This document shows positions 18,818 to 28,202 of a stretch of 64,000 bases of DNA, one piece after another (within the stretch, counting starts at the first letter, position 1; each line of letters opens with the position of its first letter). The stretch covers positions 116,577 to 180,576 of the IMG/VR virus record IMGVR_UViG_3300007513_000007; one strand, given 5' to 3'. The notes beneath the pieces are model-generated. The model did not search any database. It saw only the letters and a list, made by a program, of their open reading frames with translations, and was not told the origin of the DNA. Source of the DNA: a virus. The translations under genes were made by a program, and so were the position numbers.

Positions 18818-19660
18818 TTAGCTCAAGGGGTTGTTTGCGTAGACGACCACAATCGAAAAGGCGGGGACAGCCCCGAAGGTGGTGTTGCTCATCACCACCT
18901 CGATAGGCACTTTGTTTCCCGTGTCGTTCAAGGTCCACTGGGGGTGTAGGAGAATCTCCGCTGGGATTTCGACCCCTGGTTGAGAGGTCCAATCAAGAAG
19001 GCTTCCCGCCGCACCGCCCTGGAAATGAACCTGAAGGGTGGGGGCAGAACCGTTCTCGTCCGGGGTGCGCTGGTCAGCGGTGCCGTCGAACTCAAACCTC
19101 ACCTCGGACACCCTGGCCGTCGCATTGAGGGTGGTGGTGGAAGTCCGGGTCACACCGTCGAAATCCACGTCGATCTTCAGCGTTTCGTAGGAGGCCGTGA
19201 TTTGAGTAAGGTTGGTGGCGATGTCGGCTGCGTTGGTCGAGATGCCCGCAGCGTTCGTGTTCGCTGTCGTCTGGTTGGCCGTGATGTTCGTAACATTCGT
19301 GGAGATATTCCCCGTATTCGTGCCAATAGCGGTGCCGTTAGTCGTGATGCTCGTGGTGTTCGCGGTGATGTCGCTCGCGTTATTGCCAATGCTCGTGGCA
19401 TTAGCCGAGATGTTTCCTTCGTTGGTCGTCGCTTTGGAGGCTGTGGTGTCGAACTCCGACCGGATCACAACGCTATTCGCGTTGGCTGACGTCCCGGCAA
19501 AGAGCGGCCTCAACTCCGAGAGGTCCTTTTTGGCGCACTGGATGTTCCCGCTGTCGTCCGTGTAAATCACCGACGGGTCCAGAAGACCATTCGGGTGGGT
19601 CTTGGGCATCGTGATGAGTGTGGCCCAAGTTTGGGGAGCTACGGTAGTGAAGTCAGCCAT
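18818..19660 (-). CDS. Short fibre protein (280 aa) with Ile/Asn heptad coiled coil and C-terminal beta tip domain
   Basis: About 10 heptads IxxNxxx (ISANATS IGNNASD ITANTTS ITTNGTA IGTNTGN ISTNVTN ITANQTT), typical of trimeric coiled coils of adhesin stalks and fibres. Confidence 0.78.
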   Translation of the reverse strand: MADFTTVAPQTWATLITMPKTHPNGLLDPSVIYTDDSGNIQCAKKDLSELRPLFAGTSANANSVVIRSEFDTTASKATTNEGNISANATSIGNNASDITANTTSITTNGTAIGTNTGNISTNVTNITANQTTANTNAAGISTNAADIATNLTQITASYETLKIDVDFDGVTRTSTTTLNATARVSEVRFEFDGTADQRTPDENGSAPTLQVHFQGGAAGSLLDWTSQPGVEIPAEILLHPQWTLNDTGNKVPIEVVMSNTTFGAVPAFSIVVVYANNPLS

Positions 19661-19662
19661 TG

Positions 19663-20235
19663 TTAGGTCCTCGGAGTTTCTACATATCGGATGACCAGTT
19701 GGCCTGTCCCTTGAGTCATGGCTACGGCCAGATTGGCCTCGATGGTCAGGTAAATGCGGGTAGCCCCGGCCAGTTCAGCCCAGTCATTCACCCAATACAT
19801 CCCGCTGGTGACTGGCGTGTTGTCCGCGTGGTCCTGGAAGCGTTCCCACGCACCAACCGGAGGACCCACAGGGAACACTCCAGAGTTGTCCTCGGTCCCA
19901 ATGCTCATCTTCGTTACGATGTTCCAGGCTACGTCGATGTAAACGCCAGCCCCCATAACAATAGCGTTGAGGGGAAGAATCGTAGAGGTTTGGATCTGGG
20001 CATACCTGGGAGCACCAGCAGCGGTAACCTGGGCGTTGTAGTCGCTGAAGCTGAACGGAGTAGCGATGACCTGCTGGGTGGTCGCAATAGAGCCACCAAC
20101 GGGAGCATCCCACACCGCATTTCCTGAAGCATCGGAAGTCAGAACATGGCCTGCACTGGCCCCGGAAACCACCTTGAGAGTATTAGTCTCAACTTCACCG
20201 AGGCTCTGGATCGAATCTACTTTCTTATTGGCCAT
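19663..20235 (-). CDS. Small fibre/decoration-like protein (190 aa)
   Basis: Contains the fibre motif GASAGHVLTSDASGNAVW and a C-terminal domain LPLNAIVMGAGVYIDVAWN...MSIGT shared with neighbours. Confidence 0.75.
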   Translation of the reverse strand: MANKKVDSIQSLGEVETNTLKVVSGASAGHVLTSDASGNAVWDAPVGGSIATTQQVIATPFSFSDYNAQVTAAGAPRYAQIQTSTILPLNAIVMGAGVYIDVAWNIVTKMSIGTEDNSGVFPVGPPVGAWERFQDHADNTPVTSGMYWVNDWAELAGATRIYLTIEANLAVAMTQGTGQLVIRYVETPRT

Positions 20236-20244
20236 AGGTAACCT

Positions 20245-23200
20245 CTACGCTTTGTGGAGCATGACGCAGACAAAGCCCGCACCGGTTGTGGAAGCAGAAG
20301 CGCCCGTAGTTACTGTAAGAATCACGTCGGGAGGAATGGGTCCTGCCGTCACAGGCTCCACTGGCTCCGTCGAGTAGCCCGAAGCAGTGTTGGTGGAATC
20401 GGTGTCTCCCGATGCGAAGTACGCATTTACGGATCCGGTGTTACCAACCTCAATAGTGCTGGGGTCGTTGTTGAAGACAGTCGTGTACCGGACCCAAACC
20501 TTGAGGATCACGTCCCCGGCTGCAAGGTCTGTAACTACGTTCACCGTTCCCGAAGTGTGGTCGAAGTCCACCCGCTTGATTTCGACACCGCCTTGCGGAG
20601 CGGGGTCTTGCCAACTGACGCCCCCAGCATTGTGGGTGCCGTCTGTGGTCAGAACCTGTCCGGCAGTTCCATCTACCGTAGGAAGGAACCAATGGGCACC
20701 CCCAAGGTCAGACCCGTTGATGATGATTTCAGGCGCACCCGCTGCGGTCGCATCCAGTTGTAGTACGTCGTCGCCAAACCCGCTCCTGAGCAGGAGCGTG
20801 GGGGTCGTAGCCATCCCGCCCATGCGGCTCAAGAAGTGGAAGCCTGCTACCCCTGCTTGCTTGAACTCCAAGGTAGCGTGCGTCTCCAAGCCCGGACCAC
20901 CCTGCGGGCCGCCGTCCACGACAAGTGAGGCGATGCTGCCAGCGACATACCCAGACGCATCAATCGTGGCCGCCGTAGTGTGCAAGCCTACTGCGGGAGC
21001 GTCTACCTCATAGGTAAGGGTCAGGTTGTTGTGGCCTGCGTCGTCCTGGAAAGTGATTCCAGGAAGGGAGGCAACGCCGTCTCCAAAGAGGCCGAGTTGG
21101 CACAAGAGGGTGCTGTTGCTCTGGAACTTGAGAAGTGCTGTGTCGGCTGCGGCCCCACCGTGATCCAAAGTAACAGTGGCGTCGTGCCCTGGTGCGGCTC
21201 CCGTAGTGAGAGTCAAGCCAGCGTCTCCCGCACCACCACCATCCAAGGTCAGGACCACCTTGTTGTCAGTGGCAAGGTCGGTGAGAGTGGCTTCGCTGTT
21301 CTGAAGCAGCTTGCCGGTAGCGGAATCAAAGCGAGCCAACGCGGTGTCCGTCGCGGCTACGGGGCCTACAACATCACCAGTTCCCCCACTTGAAAACAGC
21401 GTCCAGGCTGTGCCCGAACCGGCTGACGTGTTTTGGTAAAGGCTTGCCGTCGCACCCGTGTCTCGGACGAACAATGATCCCGCGTCTGCCGACACGGATC
21501 CATTGGGGTCTGCGGTGCCCGCGAAGAGGCCGAAGGATTCCCCTCCCGCTCCCGCTTGGGAAAGGTTTAGGATTTGGGCATCCACGCCCGCGTCCACCTG
21601 GATTATCGGTGCCACCGTGTTGGTTCCACCGATGGTGATTTGGTCTTCCGCATCAAGAGTGAGGAGGGCGTTCCCCGTCGCATTAGCAGCACTAACCAGA
21701 AGCGTTCGATCTGCGGCGTCGTCCGCATTCATCCGAATCTGCGTGTTGGACCCTCCCATGAAGGATGCACCTGCACTGGAGGCGATGCCAATAGACACCG
21801 CTTCAACCGTAAAGGCGAGAAGCTCGGTGCCTATTCCGAACAGGACCGTCCCGTCGCCCGCAGCAGCACCGCTGACGTTGAGGCCCCCACCCGCAGTGGA
21901 AAGGGTGAGGTCGATGTCAGTACCCGTCGAAGTGGTGATGGTATGCCCAGCATCGTAGGCATCTTGAAGGGTGCCCCCACCACCGCCAGCGGCCCAGGAA
22001 ACATTCCCCGCACCATCAGTCTGAAGAACATCATTTGGGTTTCCGTCAGCACTGGGAAGGGAAAACGCACCATTGATGGTGAGGACTCCCGGAGTTCCTG
22101 CTGCTTCAGTGCCGAAAGAGAACCTTTCGTTGCCCGCAGAATCCTGAATCACGAGGACATCGGATGTTCCGAGAAGTCCGAACGCGCCCTTGGAGGGTCC
22201 CGCAGCAGAGAAGGTTATGCCTGCCAAGTCAGCCACGGCCCCGCCGTGGTCCAAGTTCAACAGGGCGCTTGCTCCTGCGCCCGCAGCAGCCCCATTGAAG
22301 GTCATCTCGATGTCGCCGTTTACGGATTCCGTGTGATCGAGGAGAATGACCTCACTGTTCTTGATTAGCTTCCCGGTGGCAGCGTTGAAACGAGCCAGGG
22401 CATGGTCTGTGGCTGAAACAGGACCTACAACGTCTCCGGTTCCAGCAATCGTGGCCCAAGCGACAGCACCTGCACCATCAGTCTGGAGAACTTGATTTAG
22501 AGTTCCGTCTGCACTGGGAAGGGTGAACTCACTGCCGCCCGCATGGTCGCCAAGGGTAAGGGCACCCGAGGTCGAGACAGACATGACAGTGAGGTTAGTG
22601 CCCAGTTCTTTGAATCGAAGATTGCCTGAAGTGACAGGATTGATGGTCTCTACCGCCCACCGGGCATTAGACGCATCCTCAAACATAAGGATGGAGGGGT
22701 CGGTGGAGTGGCCAGACTTCAGCGTGAGAGATGCCGTATGGCCCGCCCCGAGCGAAGACGCATCAAGAGCGAGATCCCCGTCTACAAGTGTGGCATTAGG
22801 GGCATTGTAGATGTTGGTGTCCGTGGTCATCAAGGCAAGCTGTGTTGCCACTGTGCTCGCTGCTGAGGAGGTGACCGTGCCGCCTCCAGCAGGGGCAGCC
22901 CAAGTTACGCCTCCAGCCCCATCGGTTTGGAGAACCTGTCCTGCCGTACCGTCCACGTCAGGAAGGACGTACTCGTGGGGGCTGATTCCAATGGTCAAGG
23001 CCCCCGTGCTGCTAACCAAGAGCACGTCGTTGATACCGCCGTTCTTGAAGCGGAAGGGCCTGCCCGCAATCGACCCGTCTACACCGAGGTCCCATTGAGG
23101 AAGGCTGGCGAGGTCGAACCCGACATTGACCAAATCAGACGCCGCAGTGGCATCCATCCGAATCTGGGCAGAGGTGGGTGAAGCGAGTGTGGAGGCATCA

Positions 23201-24597
23201 ACCTTGAGGGTTACGGCAGGGTCAGCCTTGTCGCTGATGCTCACAAGGGTGTTGGAGATCAGCTTGCCGGTAGCATCAGAGAAATGCGGAACCTGGGTTG
23301 CCACAGTTCCAGCCGCCCCGGATGTTACATCACCCCCCAGGCTGCCTCCGATGATTCCGTTTCCGGTTGCGTTCACCACCAGTGCCGTGTTCGCCACAAT
23401 CGTGGCGTCGAAAGGCATCTGGACGCCTCCGACTGTGATGGCATTTACAGTCGGGTTGGGGTAGGTCCCAGCAAGGTCACCCCCGGCCCCACCGGAAGGG
23501 GGCGAACTGCCATACAAGGCACCCGGCCCGGTGGTGTTTGACGTGTAGGTGCCGCCAACATTGTCGAAGCTCGTAAGGGTGACGTTATCAACGAGGAAAT
23601 CAGTGTTGTTCAGCGGTGCTGCTGCGCCAAAGGACGCACTGATAGTGAACCCGCAGTTGAAGAAGCCGATAGGGTCCTGGACATTGGCAAGAGTGGTAGC
23701 GCCACCCCCGGCATCAAAGGTGAAGTCCGTTCCCGTGAACAAGCACCCGGAGATATGGCCGTAACCGGCCATGTTGATGTCTCCCCCAAACTCCGAGTTC
23801 ACAAGGCGCTTGATCCCAACGGTCTGTCCTGCGCCGCCATCAAGGACGGGGTCGGCTCCCGAGAAAGAAGCAAGGATGGAATCCACCACTTCGATGCGAA
23901 GCTGGCCACCCCCGGCCCAGCCGGTAGCGTCAAAGAAGCCGCCTGTTCCACCAGCCCCCTGTAGCCCACAATCAATAAGGTGAACCTCATACGAGGAGGG
24001 CTGCGTGCTTTGGAACGTGATGGTGTCGGTAAACCGGAACCGCTCGAACGAGATGGTAAAAATGGCGTTCGTGGAAGGAGCAACAGCAGCATTCAGGGAG
24101 ATGGTGCGCGGCGTAGCTGAAGCAGTGTCCGTAAGGTAAACCTCTCCGTCACCGACAAGGGAGATGGAACGCTTGTCTGGGAAGACGAGGTTCTCGTCAT
24201 AGAAGCCGCCACTGATGATAACCGTGACGCCTTGGAGTTCCTCAACCGGAACCGCAGGAGTGCCGATAGCCGTCAAAGCATCCTGGATGGTGGTGTAAGG
24301 GGCAGCGATAGAGCCATCGCTTCCTCCAAGAGCGTAGGACGAATCAACGTACAGCCGTCCGCGCAAGGGGTTGACGGTCGCACCGCCGCCCCCGCTGCCA
24401 AGCTCCACCCATGTCGGCCCTGTGGGGTCTGTCAGAACGAAGAAGGTATAAGGAGTACCAGCGCCAACGCGAGCCATCTTTCCGGTGTCTGCCCCGGTAT
24501 AAACCGCCGCATCCCGATCAACCGTGGAAGTGTACTCCCACGCCACGAGAGTGTGGATTCCTTGCGCTGTTGTTTGATCACCGTGAAATGCACTCAT
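20245..24597 (-). CDS. Long modular tail fibre (1450 aa)
   Basis: ATGA overlap with the upstream gene. LYVDSSYALGGSDGSIAAPYTTIQDALTAI beta-helix cap, four LPxxDGxxxQVLxTDGxGxVxW repeats, GDVxGPxxATDxALARF repeats, FAGTADPNGSVSADAGSLFVRD motif. Confidence 0.85.
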   Translation of the reverse strand: MSAFHGDQTTAQGIHTLVAWEYTSTVDRDAAVYTGADTGKMARVGAGTPYTFFVLTDPTGPTWVELGSGGGGATVNPLRGRLYVDSSYALGGSDGSIAAPYTTIQDALTAIGTPAVPVEELQGVTVIISGGFYDENLVFPDKRSISLVGDGEVYLTDTASATPRTISLNAAVAPSTNAIFTISFERFRFTDTITFQSTQPSSYEVHLIDCGLQGAGGTGGFFDATGWAGGGQLRIEVVDSILASFSGADPVLDGGAGQTVGIKRLVNSEFGGDINMAGYGHISGCLFTGTDFTFDAGGGATTLANVQDPIGFFNCGFTISASFGAAAPLNNTDFLVDNVTLTSFDNVGGTYTSNTTGPGALYGSSPPSGGAGGDLAGTYPNPTVNAITVGGVQMPFDATIVANTALVVNATGNGIIGGSLGGDVTSGAAGTVATQVPHFSDATGKLISNTLVSISDKADPAVTLKVDASTLASPTSAQIRMDATAASDLVNVGFDLASLPQWDLGVDGSIAGRPFRFKNGGINDVLLVSSTGALTIGISPHEYVLPDVDGTAGQVLQTDGAGGVTWAAPAGGGTVTSSAASTVATQLALMTTDTNIYNAPNATLVDGDLALDASSLGAGHTASLTLKSGHSTDPSILMFEDASNARWAVETINPVTSGNLRFKELGTNLTVMSVSTSGALTLGDHAGGSEFTLPSADGTLNQVLQTDGAGAVAWATIAGTGDVVGPVSATDHALARFNAATGKLIKNSEVILLDHTESVNGDIEMTFNGAAAGAGASALLNLDHGGAVADLAGITFSAAGPSKGAFGLLGTSDVLVIQDSAGNERFSFGTEAAGTPGVLTINGAFSLPSADGNPNDVLQTDGAGNVSWAAGGGGGTLQDAYDAGHTITTSTGTDIDLTLSTAGGGLNVSGAAAGDGTVLFGIGTELLAFTVEAVSIGIASSAGASFMGGSNTQIRMNADDAADRTLLVSAANATGNALLTLDAEDQITIGGTNTVAPIIQVDAGVDAQILNLSQAGAGGESFGLFAGTADPNGSVSADAGSLFVRDTGATASLYQNTSAGSGTAWTLFSSGGTGDVVGPVAATDTALARFDSATGKLLQNSEATLTDLATDNKVVLTLDGGGAGDAGLTLTTGAAPGHDATVTLDHGGAAADTALLKFQSNSTLLCQLGLFGDGVASLPGITFQDDAGHNNLTLTYEVDAPAVGLHTTAATIDASGYVAGSIASLVVDGGPQGGPGLETHATLEFKQAGVAGFHFLSRMGGMATTPTLLLRSGFGDDVLQLDATAAGAPEIIINGSDLGGAHWFLPTVDGTAGQVLTTDGTHNAGGVSWQDPAPQGGVEIKRVDFDHTSGTVNVVTDLAAGDVILKVWVRYTTVFNNDPSTIEVGNTGSVNAYFASGDTDSTNTASGYSTEPVEPVTAGPIPPDVILTVTTGASASTTGAGFVCVMLHKA
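20610..22970 (-). repeat. Dispersed protein-level fibre repeat LPxxDG(T/N)xxxVL(Q/T)TDG, four copies
   Basis: Copies near 22890-22970, 22450-22525, 21990-22065 and 20610-20690 within the 1450 aa fibre. Confidence 0.8.
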
Positions 24598-27407
24598 GTC
24601 ACCACCATATGGCCGTCGCCGTTGGTTACCAGATACCCGTCAGCATCGACCAGAGGGGTCGCTTTGACAAAGGCAGCAGGGGTCGCGGCGAAAAGGATCT
24701 GTCCCTCATCATCGGGAACAGGCAAACCACCGGGACCGCCGCCTAAAAGATCCGTGATCACCCCTGCTTCATCAACGTAGTAGGGATTGTTGATGAGGGG
24801 TGCCCCTGGATCAGTCCCGTCAGAAACAAAGATGCCGCCCTTTGCAGGCCCCGTTGGCGGGACGGGGGCATTATCGAAAATGATTCCAGTAGGATCAATG
24901 AGGCCCGGAACCGTCAGCTTTCCGGTGTCCGCGTTGTAGATCATGGGGCCGATGGCTGGGCCAGGAAGGGGGCCGAAGGTGATCTCGTTGTGGTCTGTGA
25001 CCCGGATTTCCATATGGTCAACCCAGGCACCACCCACAGGAACCTGACCCTCGAAGCCTCCCAACTCCAAGTCGATGCCTGCCCCGCCACCGCCATCCGA
25101 ACTCACCCAAAAGATGTCTGTGATGGGACCCTTCGTGGTGGTCGTAAGCTGAATCACGCCACCACCTGCGTCAGTGGCGGTCACACGGCCAGTAGTGTTG
25201 AACTTCGACAACACAGTTGCAAAGTTGTCTCCCGGTGCAAAGCTGACGGTAAAGCCGCCTGCTTCAGTGCCGAAGGTGATGTCTCCACCAGTAACCAGAG
25301 GGTCTACACAAGCACCGAGTGCCGTGAGTGTGGCAGCGGTAGCCGTTTCCGGGCGTCCGAAGAAGATGGATCCGGGACTCCCCGTGATCGAACCACCCGG
25401 ACCAATAAAGACCGACCCCGCATCCGTAACGGCAACGGGTTCAGAAGTGTCTCCCCCCAGAATGTAAACGTCACCAGCATGAGGCGGCGTGACCTTGAGG
25501 CCCTCCAAGCCCTGGCCGCCAGCAACAATGACCTTTCCGATGCGGTCACCGCCGTCAGAAGGACTGGTCCCCACAAACAGGTTGTAGTTTCGCCAGGGGT
25601 TTTCCTCAATGGAGGCGGCACGCAGGAAAGTGGTGGACCCGTAAAGGGCGTCCCCCGGCCAGATTTGCCACCCCATCGTGATTTCAGCACCGATGCCGAA
25701 CGGGTTGGGGTTGAGGTTGATTTCAGGCTTACCCACACCGCCAATCTCAACGGTTCCGGTGACTTGGAGGGAGCCTTGGGTGCTTCCCGGCACGGGGGCT
25801 GGGCTTGGAACCGCCGCATCTACGATTTGCACGGCCCCTGCGTCTGCGACGATGGTCCTGCCGCTGCCGCCTGCACCAAGGCCGCCGTCGTAAGCGTCGT
25901 CCAGGGTACGCACTTGGCTGGCGTAGTCGTAAATCTGATCCAGGGCGTTCTGGACATCGGTAGCCGTGATGTCGGGTGCCGCAGGCAAAAGTGTCGGGTC
26001 ATAGCCGATGGTGTCTGACGGAGTAGAGGCCACCAAGGAAGTGGGCAGTCCGTCGGGAAAGGTGATCGTGCCGTGTTCCGTGCTTCCGATGGAGAAGGTA
26101 GTGGTTCCGATAATGGCGGCTGTACGGAACGTGATGGCTGAATCAAGGATAGACCACCGGACCTGAAGGGACGTTCCCACAGGTGGGGACGTTCCACCCG
26201 CCCCGCCCGGATTCACGTCAATAGACTCGGTCGCTCCAGAGATGCGGCTGTAGGAAACAAAGAGTTGCCCTACGTCTTGGATGCGGGCACCGAACGTGCC
26301 GTCCATGACCAGGGTTGAATCAGCGAGGTCAAGGACCCCGTCCGTAGACCCAACCATAATCCCGGAACGTCCTTGGAAGAAGCACTCCCGAACTCGAAGC
26401 TCGGAATCCATTCCTCCAAGCAGGTAGCAGTCAACCCCAGCCCCCGAGTTCATGGTGAAGTGGCAATCTACAAACTCTGAGGTGCCTGTCCCGCCAGAAC
26501 TATGGGTAAAGGCTGGGCCTTGGGAGGGGTCAAGCCCCTCTACTTCAAAGCTGCAACGGTAAGAGGAAACGCCACCTCCACCCGTTACGGTGATAGCCGC
26601 AAAGGTTGCGGGGTGCTGCTGGAGGAAGGTGAGGTTGTGAAGCAGCACCCTTTGGGTGGACGCCGTAGTGGTCAGGGTGTGGCCTGACAGGGCCTCGTTT
26701 CGGATACGAACAATGTTCGAGGGACTGCTTGAGGAGGAACCGGGCCACCCAAAAACGTGAACCGACTCGTGAAGAGTAAGGCTCTCGTCGTAGGTTCCAG
26801 GTCGAACCAAAACAACCCAAGGTTCCATTGCTGTGGGGCCTTGGGTCACCGCGTAGTCGATGGCAGCCTGGATAGTGGTGTAGTCACCACCTCCAGAGCC
26901 ATCGACGTACACGACGTGACCAGAGGTGTAAGACGGCTTGATGAGGTTGAGGAGGGCGAGCAGGTTGTTGTTCTGCTCGTCCGTCCATCCAACCGGGTCG
27001 ATGTCTACAGGGATGGGGGTAGCAGCACCCCCGTACTGTTCCCCTGCCGCAACAAGCAGGAGGTCTTCCGTATCAAGGGTGACCTTGACCCGGAGCCTGA
27101 TGAACTGCTCGTTCTCTGTCGGCAGCCCTTGATCCAGCACAAGCCGAATCAGGTAAGGGCCTCCGTGAGTGATCGTGAAATCACCCGGAGCGGCTGTTGT
27201 CGGATCCCCCGTAAAGGAGGCCGTAGAGCCATGCGGCTGATACGCGATAGACCACGCATAAGTCGTGGACGGCGTAACCCCCGTAGACACCGACACGCAG
27301 GTAACCGTGTCGGATACCCAAAGGTCGTTGCTACTAACTCCCGTGAATGGTCCTGGAGGTCCCCCCGAAGGTCGGGTGATGGTGGCCTCGATAATCGCTA
27401 CCGCCAT
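24594..27407 (-). CDS. Fibre/tailspike protein (937 aa): PKD-like anchor, pectinesterase-like beta-helix, fibre C-terminus
   Basis: TYAWSIAYQP...GPYLIRLVL PKD-like domain; YVDGSGGGDYTTIQAAIDYA...VLVRPGTYDESLTL is the usual start of a right-handed beta-helix. Confidence 0.82.
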   Translation of the reverse strand: MAVAIIEATITRPSGGPPGPFTGVSSNDLWVSDTVTCVSVSTGVTPSTTYAWSIAYQPHGSTASFTGDPTTAAPGDFTITHGGPYLIRLVLDQGLPTENEQFIRLRVKVTLDTEDLLLVAAGEQYGGAATPIPVDIDPVGWTDEQNNNLLALLNLIKPSYTSGHVVYVDGSGGGDYTTIQAAIDYAVTQGPTAMEPWVVLVRPGTYDESLTLHESVHVFGWPGSSSSSPSNIVRIRNEALSGHTLTTTASTQRVLLHNLTFLQQHPATFAAITVTGGGGVSSYRCSFEVEGLDPSQGPAFTHSSGGTGTSEFVDCHFTMNSGAGVDCYLLGGMDSELRVRECFFQGRSGIMVGSTDGVLDLADSTLVMDGTFGARIQDVGQLFVSYSRISGATESIDVNPGGAGGTSPPVGTSLQVRWSILDSAITFRTAAIIGTTTFSIGSTEHGTITFPDGLPTSLVASTPSDTIGYDPTLLPAAPDITATDVQNALDQIYDYASQVRTLDDAYDGGLGAGGSGRTIVADAGAVQIVDAAVPSPAPVPGSTQGSLQVTGTVEIGGVGKPEINLNPNPFGIGAEITMGWQIWPGDALYGSTTFLRAASIEENPWRNYNLFVGTSPSDGGDRIGKVIVAGGQGLEGLKVTPPHAGDVYILGGDTSEPVAVTDAGSVFIGPGGSITGSPGSIFFGRPETATAATLTALGACVDPLVTGGDITFGTEAGGFTVSFAPGDNFATVLSKFNTTGRVTATDAGGGVIQLTTTTKGPITDIFWVSSDGGGGAGIDLELGGFEGQVPVGGAWVDHMEIRVTDHNEITFGPLPGPAIGPMIYNADTGKLTVPGLIDPTGIIFDNAPVPPTGPAKGGIFVSDGTDPGAPLINNPYYVDEAGVITDLLGGGPGGLPVPDDEGQILFAATPAAFVKATPLVDADGYLVTNGDGHMVVT

Positions 27408-27531
27408 CTCGACACCTCACCGGAGATCCCCGAGGGCCATGAACACACTGCTGCCGGAAGTTGGAGCTTCTGAAATAGCAGTGCGTTCATGGTCACCTCA
27501 TTGGGACACCCCATCAGGAAGGGAGGGAGGA

Positions 27532-28107
27532 TCAGGTAGCGGGTTCCGAGTAGCTGATAAGCACGTTGGCAGCACCAGCACTCAAAGTAGCGGCACCGCA
27601 GTTCACCGTCACAGTGAGCGGCCCGCCAGAAGAGTTCATATGGACCGTAGACACGACGTAGTCGGCTGCTGCTGTCGTGTCGCTGTCTGCGGCATCCAAG
27701 AAGTTGGCTCCGACACCCGTAAGCTCTGCCGTAAGAGGCATCGCGGTGGGCGTTCCAGTGTTCTCGAACTGGGTCGTGACGTTGACACGAACATCGAGGA
27801 TGATGGCGTTGTTAGGGACGGTGGCGGTGCTTGCTACACCAGTGCCCTGGTTACCGAATGCGACTGGAATCATGATCCATGACTGCTCCGATCCGGCTCC
27901 GGGAGGAAGATCGGAAAGCCGTGCCGCGTCATCCGCACCAACAGGTGCGCCAACGCGAACAGGGACGAGTGTTCCACCGGCATCTTTGACATCGACGGCT
28001 GTACCCGTGATGTTGTCGAGGTGGATGCCTTGAAGGCCAGAACTGGAATCCTGGAAGATCCAGAACGTATCTTCGATAGTACCGAGAAGTTTGCGAACGA
28101 CGGACAT
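27532..28107 (-). CDS. Small fibre/decoration-like protein (191 aa)
   Basis: SD AAGGAG. RVGAPVGADDAARLSDL resembles the trimeric adhesin neck motif; C-terminal domain VPNNAIILDVRVNVTTQF is shared with neighbours. Confidence 0.77.
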   Translation of the reverse strand: MSVVRKLLGTIEDTFWIFQDSSSGLQGIHLDNITGTAVDVKDAGGTLVPVRVGAPVGADDAARLSDLPPGAGSEQSWIMIPVAFGNQGTGVASTATVPNNAIILDVRVNVTTQFENTGTPTAMPLTAELTGVGANFLDAADSDTTAAADYVVSTVHMNSSGGPLTVTVNCGAATLSAGAANVLISYSEPAT

Positions 28108-28202
28108 GAGAGTCTCCTTGCGGGGGGGGGTTAGTCAAAAAGCTCCGCTTGAGGCACTCTGCCTCGTCAATCTATGGCTGCAATAGAGAAGCCACCGGAA
28201 AC

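Noticed and set aside
27398-27490. 30-codon minus-strand ORF (MNALLFQKLQLP...) after GAGGTG, overlapping the 937 aa start
   Set aside because: SD spacing is short and there is no supporting motif; probably chance.
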